64,000 nucleotides of DNA, from contig JAHLTZ010000037.1 of NCBI GenBank assembly GCA_025786725.1, positions 124,001 through 188,000 on the forward strand, given 5' to 3'. Made by a program: the position numbers and the translations under genes. The notes under the pieces were generated by a model, which made no database searches, was not told the DNA's origin, and worked only from the letters and a program-made list of their open reading frames with translations. This DNA is from Syncephalis fuscata S228. Taxonomy: Eukaryota > Fungi > Zoopagomycota. This document shows positions 55,458 to 64,000 of this stretch, piece by piece; within the stretch, counting starts at the first letter, position 1; each line of letters opens with the position of its first letter.

Positions 55458-56266
55458 TTATTGATCGCGTTCTCGCCATAATTCGGCCATTCGTTGAGCA
55501 CCGCGCCATGCAATACGGAATGCTTCACCTTCCAAGGCACGTTGATAGAACTGCCAGAGAATACGTTGCTGTGTGCCGTTCTCCCAACTTTCCTTGTATC
55601 GTTGGCCCATATGCCAAACAGGTGTGAATACACCAGTGGCCATATGTTTACCTTTAATCCAACAGACAAATGATAAATATAATTAAATATCAATCATTCT
55701 TATAAATTACTTACCATATTCCATGTATATATCCGTGGCTAGCCATGGTTCTATAATTTCGTATTGATAATCATCAGGCATGACCTCTCGACGTCTAATT
55801 TATCATAAGCTATAACACCAAAGCTAATTTAACAAGTTTACTTACTGAGCCCGTCGGTCACGTTCTTCGCGTGTCATTACGGTAGGTTTTGCGGCACCTA
55901 CAGTTTGTAAGCAAATATTCTGCCTACTTATTTATCTATTCGCTACTTACCCGCCTCGTCACGTAAACATGCTGGCGTACCACGTAGAAAGCGCAAAAAC
56001 CAGCGATGCTCCCAGGCAAGCCAATGCTTTTCTTCATTAGATTTCTATATACAGTGTTGTATAAGTAATCATCTTGACTCTTTTGACAAACTTACAAGTT
56101 CACGGCGTAAACAGTAGCGATTACAATGAGGCGGTTGCTTTTGATCAGGATCCACGTAACACACCGTAACACACCATTGTCTAGAACCGTCGGATCCATG
56201 TCGACGACCTCGACCCGACGGAAGTGGTGTTAATGGCGGTCGCAGTGGTGGTATAGGTAACGACAT
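55458..56266 (-). CDS. Hypothetical protein, about 5 short exons
   Basis: ATG at 56266 with successive GTAAGT/AG pairs linking CVTVC..HCNRYCLRREL, HWLAWEHRWFLRFLRGTPAC, YEIIEPWLATDIYMEYG and GVFTPVWHMGQRYKESWENG..ELWRERDQ*. Confidence 0.6.
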
Positions 56267-56541
56267 GTTAAAGGTATGTAAACGATCAAAGGAAAGAAAT
56301 GGGTGCTCCTTAAATTGCTATTGACATTTAATATACCAATGATTTGGTATATTAATAGTAAGTCACCTATAAACAGCTTCATTTAATTAGTTTCTTTGGA
56401 ATGTAAAAAATAAGCGTTTCTAGATTTTTATTATTATTAAATTGTCTAAACAGTAAATATGTTATATTACTGTTATATTGTTTGTAAATAATAAATCTAT
56501 AATTGATTATAGTACTATTATAAAATCAAAGTTTAACATTA

Positions 56542-57538
56542 CTATAGTGTGTGATATGTCGAATATTCAGTGTCGAGCTGCGAATGACCAGGTATATGAG
56601 TGGTTTTTGGACGATTAGATAGTTTGGTAGCCATTTTTATGCGTTTACAATGGTTGTTCAGTAATGTGCTAACAACCACCCTATCGTGCATGTGTTAGCG
56701 AGGCATTATAAATTGTCGGCCACACTTACCAATCTCCAGTAAAAAATAAATCAGCATTACTTCCGCCTATTTGAAGCGGTATGCAGATACAGCAGATAAT
56801 ATTGAATAGAGCGGCAAGAAACATTATTTGAATACCATCGTGTGCCAATCGTTTCCACGCTTCCGATCCAAGCGCACGATACTGTTGCAAAGCCGTACGA
56901 CAAAAGACGGCAGAAAGAAGTACATTAAGCGGTATTATAGTTACGGTCCAGACCCAAATAAAAAACGGCGGATAATGAATAGCACAGCCATTTGGTACAT
57001 CCAATGTGGCAAAACAGCCAAATATTACCATAAAAGCAAAACTTAGTTGCGGCAGAATTAGTGGAATACACGTATATAAAACCCATTTTTTTCGGTAAAG
57101 AATTAGATATGCCTTCTGAAGCAATATCAAGCTATTACAAAAATATGTAACTGACATTCCAAATCCGATGGACCATATTAAATATCGACAGTTAAAGCAA
57201 AAGCCTAGATACACCAGTATAAATGTTGTAATAGTGATAACACCCGTAGCTGAAGGAATAAAACAGCACCAAGAGGCGAGAAGATGTGGACGGTTGAGAA
57301 CCATTTTGGCTGAGATATATACATTGAGTGCGATAACGGGGAGGGCTCCCATTACAAATGCTATCTGGAATCTGATGCCTGAAAACTGGTCGTATTTTCT
57401 ATTTCCGCTTTCAAAGCTTTGTACCTCGAAATCAAGCAAATTCATCTCGCCATATGGATGGAGTGGGATTCCCCATACTTTGGTGGCATTATTTTGCCAT
57501 TCAAGCTCTTCTGGATTGCTATAGTTGAATACTGGCAT
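56542..57538 (-). CDS. 7TM/GPCR-like membrane protein, copy 1; exons 57538-56730 and 56680-56542
   Basis: Multiple hydrophobic helices; family motifs WGIPLHPxGE, LLQKAYL, GSxAWKRLAxDG; intron after the DW codons. Confidence 0.8.
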
Positions 57539-57668
57539 TGTAAAATGGTGGGAACTGATATCTAGGAATAAATGAAAATACAAGAATTATTATTTACAGA
57601 AAAAACTAAACCATTCTACTTTATACCATCTAAGCTCAAAGTTATCCAAGCACATTGTCTCGGCAATA

Positions 57669-57677
57669 AAACCGGTA
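57669..57677 (-). promoter_or_regulatory. TACCGGTTT motif upstream of 7TM copy 1; also at 58853-58861 (+), 61924-61932 (-) and 63860-63868 (-)
   Basis: Identical 9-mer in the same orientation 131-189 nt upstream of all four ATGs, in otherwise dissimilar flanks. Confidence 0.6.
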
Positions 57678-59004
57678 ATTATATGCAGTTTTAAACCAGT
57701 TCTACGCGTGAACTAAAGCATTGTCTGCTCAGATTTCCTTTATATATAATATCGGAATTAACCTCATATATGCAATGAATTGATTTTAAAGTATAACTGC
57801 CATATATATGGCACGATATTACAAAACTATGCACATTTCATGTATGTTAGTAGCTAAATGAATACAAGTACTTTAGAAAATGTACTGGAACCAAGAACCA
57901 ATTTCCGATGGGTTTTCCAATCGTGCCACGTGATTGCTTAATTTGGCAGTAATGCACTAAAGTGTGTTTTTTTGCTATACACAATCGTCTCTCTGCTGGC
58001 TTGTGTGTCATAATATAATGAGAAATCTTACCAATATCATGTATCATATTTTATCTTTATCGTCAAACTGATTATATTGTACTATACTAGTGTAGTATAA
58101 TGACAGCTCATTACATCTATGTAATTAAAATTTAAAAATCGATGAAATTAAGTAATACGAGCTATATACAAGCTGTGGCTAGTGAGTTGCTTTAAGATTG
58201 AATTATTCTAGAATTAAATAATTAAAAAAGATCCATTCAAAATGAGCATTAAAATATATTTATAGCAATATTGCACAAATACAGCTTCACTATTTTACAA
58301 TAATGTGCTTAACTAATGGCATTTTATATGTAGTAAACGCTTGTATAGTTGGTAATGATAATCGATGCATCACACAATACTTTAAATATCGCGATGTTGG
58401 CATTACAGCTTAACATGAGCTGATTTGTAATGTGATTGTTTTAATTTTAACGTAAATGTTAGTTATAGTAAAATTTGATAGTTATGAATTATTGTGATCA
58501 GACTGATTGTTAATTTCAGTAGCAATCATTCGTGGTAAACGCACCATAATTTGTTGATGTTTAAATTTTCGTAAGTGAATATGATAGCGTAGAGATTAAA
58601 ATAATAAACAACAACTAAATTTATTTAAAATGCTGCTGGTAGTCTGGCATATTGGTGCATGTATTAAATCACTTAATTAGCAATTAATATATTTTGCTTT
58701 TGTGCAGAATAATACTATCACTTCAAGGTATAAAACTGTTTTAGGATGACTGACGATAAAGCATGTAAAAGATGGTAAAACTGCATGTGCAATGAGTCTA
58801 TTTACACACAATCTTTGCTGCGTGCACTTGTTTTTCTATATATGTCACCATTTACCGGTTTGTTATGCAGGCAACCAAGGCCGGCAAATCTAGCTTTTTA
58901 CCATTGTCTTTTCGATTCCGCCGGCCTTATCCAATTTCACTTACTCTAATTCACCTACAATCTTATAAGCGTCTTTGTATAATCATACTAAACATATCCC
59001 ATTA

Positions 59005-59989
59005 ATGCCTATCATCAGCGATACCGATCCAGCAGAGGTCGAGTGGATAAAGAATGCCACTACACTGTGGGGAATTCCACTTCATCCGCTCGGTGAGCTA
59101 GATTTATACGATTTTTACACTCAAACAATTAGAGAATCACCCGAAAAGCACCACTCAATGGCCGGCGGCAAACTTCAAGTGATATTTACTATAATAGTGC
59201 TATCTATACATGTACGAAATTTTATTGTTTCGAGTAAAATGATAGCATCTTCTCCTCATTCGCTTGCCCCATGGTGCTGTTTAATATCTGCTTTTCTAGG
59301 CTTTGTGGCAGGCTCGACCTATATTTTTGCATTTTTAGGCCTTCTTCTAAAGTGCCGAGTCGTAGTATGGCTTGTTTTGTTTAAGCTAGCTTTGGTGTAC
59401 TTTTTTAATAGCCTAATACTGCTACAAAAAGCCTATCTGGTACTGTATCGTAAAAAATGGATTATATACATTAGCATTCCATTTATGCTAATGCAGCTTG
59501 GTTTTGGCGTATTCAGCATATACTTTAGCTATGTCAAATTAGAAGCAGAAGCCGACTGTACGCTACATTATTGTATATACCTAATTTACTACTGGCTTGT
59601 AATTAGCATACCGCTCAATGTATTCTTCTCTGTTATTTTCTCCCGTGTCGCATTTCAACAGTATTCGGTGTATGGATCGGATGCATGGAAGCGATTAGCA
59701 CGAGACGGTATTCAAGCAATGTGCTTGGCAGTATTTTGCAATCTATTTTTCTGTGCACTGCTCATGTTTCAGATAGGCAAAAGTAGATCAGATAACTGTT
59801 TCGTCTTGGATCTGTAGGTACTATACGATTATTATTTCAACTTACTAATACACTTTTAGAGTAATTGTCACCACTATATTGGTCAACCATTGCCAAAACA
59901 TGCGTAAAGTCAGCAGGATCTCCAATCGTCCAAAAACCAGCTATATACCTGGATATTCACAAATTGACACTGAAAACAGCAAACAATAA
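59005..59989 (+). CDS. 7TM/GPCR-like membrane protein, copy 2; exons 59005-59813 and 59860-59989
   Basis: Same motifs and intron position as copy 1; C-terminal SNRPKT tail. Confidence 0.8.
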
Positions 59990-60789
59990 TACTTTATAAT
60001 AGAGACTCTGTTGCCAAAATAGTATTAATAAATACTTTAGTTTAAATATCATGTTTTGCACATGCATAAACAATGCTTGAATTTTATTTGTTGTTCGGGA
60101 CAGTTTAAAAAAGCCAAAAAATGATAATAAACAGTTAAGCCTCTGTGTTTTTTCTGTGCTTTCTCTGCATTTAGTATGATGTTACAGTTACTATTCAACT
60201 TAATTAAATAGAGCTGTGTAGTAAAAATTGATTAAAAAATAATTGGTCGGTGTATAGTCATCAACTTGAAAAATTAGTTATTGTCAGCTTTTACAAACAT
60301 TATGCATGACACCAGCCATAACACGATTTATATTTATTAAAACTTTTGCCATTTATAGGAATATATAGAAAGAGAGAAAACAAAGGTCCCACAATCCTTA
60401 GTATTTAGTTAGAAATCGTTCCAAAAAAGGCTATTTTTGTAACCCACTGTGTAAATACAAAATATCTCGACAAGCTGCTTGTACTGTGAAGGCACATTAT
60501 AAATTATAATGCATCACGGTCGCGCTACCACGTCCCAACTTCAGTACAGTTATCTGCGCTTTGGATGAGCGACTGGGTTATCGTCTAGGTAGAGCAACAT
60601 TTGGATGCAAGTTCAAATGTGCCAGCCTTTGAGTCTGACCTTTGCCTATTATACTCCGCATTGTTTAGAATTATGTGCTGGTACAAATTTATCATTGCAT
60701 TTTTAACAAAGTATAAGTATAGTAATAAATATCAGCTTAGTTTTATTATTTAGACTTTGCTAAAGGTAAGGTAGTTTATAATTGCTTCA

Positions 60790-61775
60790 TTAGATTGCAG
60801 AACTTGCGATATGAAATTGTGACTGTCCAGGAATGTAGCTAGTTTTTGGACGATGTGAAAGATTGGTGACTCGTCGTATATTCTGGCAATGATGAGTCAA
60901 TATTGTGCTGACGATTACCCTGAGCAATAGTCAATAAATAGTAACTATCAGCGTAATAGTACTTACCAGTCTCCGGGGAAAAGTAGGTCAGCATTGACTC
61001 CACCCACTTGAAATTCAATACAAAAATAACAGAATATGTTGCAGAATACGGCCAGACACATTGCTTGAATGCCGTCACGCGCCAGTCTTTTCCAAGCATC
61101 CGATCCATATGTGCGATATTGTTGGAATGCAATACGGCAGAAGATAATAGAGAAGATTACATTGAGCGGTATGGTAATACTGAACCAGTACCACATCAGG
61201 AAAGATGAATAGTGTGCAACGCAGCCTGTTTCCGCTTCCAGAGTAATGTATGTGTAAAATATAGAAAGAAATGGGTACGGCATTTGTAATAATATTGATG
61301 GAATACCAACGTATAGCACCCATTTCTGTCGACAAAGTATTAGATAAGTCTTTTGAAGTACTATTAAACCATTGCACGTATAAACTACAGTTATTCCGAA
61401 TACAATGGCCCACAAGACGTATCGGCAAGTAAAGAAAATGCCTAGCTGCACCATTATAATAAGCAAGCCGGTTAAGATGCCCAAAAATGCTGGGATCAGA
61501 CAGCACCATGGAGCAAGTATTCGTGGCCGCTCGACTACCATTTTAACGGAAATAACAAAATTATTGAAAACAATAGAGAGCATCATAATGGTAAACACTA
61601 TCTGAAATTTGCTTCCAACTAAACGATGGCGCTGTTCCTGCAGATCGTTGGGTGTCTGCATATAAAAGTCAAATATATTCATTTCACCAAGTGGATGGAG
61701 AGGAATGCCCCAAAACGTCTTGGCATCCTTCATCCACGCGGTTTCTGTAACGTTGGTATAATCGATAGACGGCAT
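60790..61775 (-). CDS. 7TM/GPCR-like membrane protein, copy 3; exons 61775-60967 and 60919-60790
   Basis: Same motifs; 47-nt intron at the shared position. Confidence 0.8.
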
Positions 61776-62685
61776 TAGTGAATTATTATAATGTATAAAA
61801 TAATAACAAATATTTTAAAGACTGAGGTAAGCTAGTACAAAGTGAAAAAGAAACGATACTCATTTAATGGCGAACTAATCAACAAGCCATTTAATAATAC
61901 CATGCCTTGTGGCTATGCATGTTAAACCGGTATTCAATCCTCGTTTGTCCTTGCACTAAAATCAACAAACTAATGCACACGACTATTGTATCATCTGCCT
62001 TTTTTACACTAGAAAATAAGTCTGCTACACTATTGCATATCTTACTAGTATGAGATTGCTATTATGTTCTGTTTATGAATATTGCACACGATCGATTGAT
62101 TTTTGAGATATGTAAAATTATGTGGTGACTTAATGTAGCAATCAACTGCAAATCCATCCAAAGGTTTGTTATACATACTGCCAATTAGTACAAACTGTTT
62201 ACCTGCTTTGAGTCCCCTCAGGTGACACGAAACCGCATGCATACTGCAGCTAAACGTCACGTGCAGGCTTCGTTTCGTTGTTTTTTCGTAATCCACCTTG
62301 AATGATAGCGCGAGGCTTTGATGAAATCAACGCCAAGTGGCTGTGTGGACTGATTCCATGTTACCAGGCCGATGAATCAAACGCTGATAACGCATACAGT
62401 GGTAGCATTTAATAAGCTGATACAATTTCAATAGTTTTCAATAAATGATCTAACGCTAAAACTATATTAAAGCAATAAACCCCATAAAATATTGCTTGGT
62501 ACATAAAATGTTTGCAGCATTTGTATTCAATTCTATTAACATTTGTATGTGTAAATTATTATGAAAAGTTATGCTTTATTCTACCTTGAAATTACTGCAT
62601 TGCTTTCGCCAACATATATGAAATAAAAACAGCAACTTTGAATACTACTTTACTACGTTGAAAGTAGTTTTGAATCAGTTTTAAG

Positions 62686-63671
62686 TTAAATCCTTGAGCT
62701 GGCAATGCCAATCTGAGAGCTTCCATGTAGATAGCTGATTTTTGGACGATGTGAAAAATTGGTGACTTGTCGCATATTTTGGCAATGGTGGGTCAGTATT
62801 GTGCTGACGATTACCCTAAGCAATAGTTAGTAAATAGTAACTATCAGCGTAATAATACTCACCAGTCTCCGGGGAAAAGTAGGTCAGCGTTGATTCCGCC
62901 TATTTGAAATGCTATAACAAACCAGCAAAAAATATTGCACAATACAGCCAAACACATCGCCTGAACGCCGTCGCGTGCCAAACGCCTCCAGGCATCCGAG
63001 CCATGCGTGCGATATTGTCGAAAGGAAACGTAGCAGAAAATAGCAGAGAGCAATAGATTAAGCGGCAAAGTGATACCAAGCCAGTACCATATAATAGCCG
63101 GAGGGTAATGCGCAACACAGCCGGCTTCTGTCTCTATCGTGACATAGGTGAAACAAACACTAAAAATAGGATATGCTAGTTGAGGCACCATCGATGGGAT
63201 GCCAACGTACAGCACCCATTTTTGCCGACAAACAATCAAATATGCCTTCTGAAGCAGTATCAATCCATTGGAGATGTACACTATAGATATTCCAAACACA
63301 ATGGCCCATAAAACATCTCGGCAATGAAAGATGTAGTCCAACTCCATCATTATGATAATCAAACCAGTTATTATGCCCAAAATAGCAGGAATCAGGCAAC
63401 ACCAAGAAGATAGCACACGTGGGCGATTCACCACCATTTTGATAGAAATAATCAGGTTGTTGAAAACGATAGCAATCATTATGACGGTGAATATTATTTG
63501 GAATCTATTGCCCGCCAATTGATTGTGTCGTTCTTTTAGATTGCCAGGTAGTTGCGTGTAGAAATCAAATACACTCATTTCTCCGAGTGGATGAAGCGGA
63601 ATTCCCCATAGGTCATCAGCATCCTTAATCCACTCCGTCTCTTTTAGATTGCTATAATTGATGATTGGCAT
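62686..63671 (-). CDS. 7TM/GPCR-like membrane protein, copy 4; exons 63671-62863 and 62815-62686
   Basis: Closest to copy 3, including a similar intron sequence. Confidence 0.8.
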
Positions 63672-64000
63672 TAATGATTTTTGTATAATATATGGGTAAA
63701 TATAGAGCTGTATAAATATTACTAAAAACAAACCGAAGAAAGAGGATGCAATAGCGAGGATACCGGACTAACCAGCTGTTCCATAATAACCAACTATACT
63801 TATAATGCTGTTTTCAGATCTAATCAAATGTTAAACTTGCCTTGTGTTGCATGCAAAGTAAACCGGTAAGTGAACACAACTCATTTTTGCAAAACAACAG
63901 GTGAACAATATGTACGATAGCCTTACAACCTGTTTCACCATTTGCAAATCAATGCGATTCGTTCCATCGTGCTTAATTAACGTAAAATAATGGTCATACT

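Noticed and set aside
60515-60640. tRNA/SINE-like segment with GTTCAAAT, weakly similar to the reverse complement of 62350-62410
   Set aside because: No cloverleaf could be built and the similarity is too weak to support a call.

Overview
AT-rich, intron-rich eukaryotic (fungal) DNA. Gene content and short GT-AG introns suggest an early-diverging fungus, possibly a Zoopagomycota parasite such as Syncephalis (inference only). Left to right: two paralogous Zn2Cys6+PAS-like transcription factors head-to-head across a 10.7-kb hairpin-rich spacer; a Tom20-MYND/SET fusion with a PAM2 motif; TSC10, tubulin cofactor A, MOB2 and a PGM2-type phosphomutase; a micro-exon gene; a ZUP1/C78 peptidase; a ~0.95-kb near-perfect inverted repeat; cytoplasmic dynein heavy chain; a hypothetical gene; and four paralogous 7TM-like genes sharing a promoter motif. 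The main finding is at 30161-32544 (minus strand), invisible to the ORF track. An apparent ~83-bp tandem repeat is an array of 28 spliceosomal introns separated by 27 exons of 3 nt each. Spliced to a signal-peptide exon, it reads without a stop as a 58-aa secreted prepropeptide (MKLSIAVVCTVIVALIAATAMVDAKPVLARR-EPQVPVPVDENGRTKSGSAGRTVTPTP*). Several conserved genes carry single-base deletions that look like sequencing or assembly errors.
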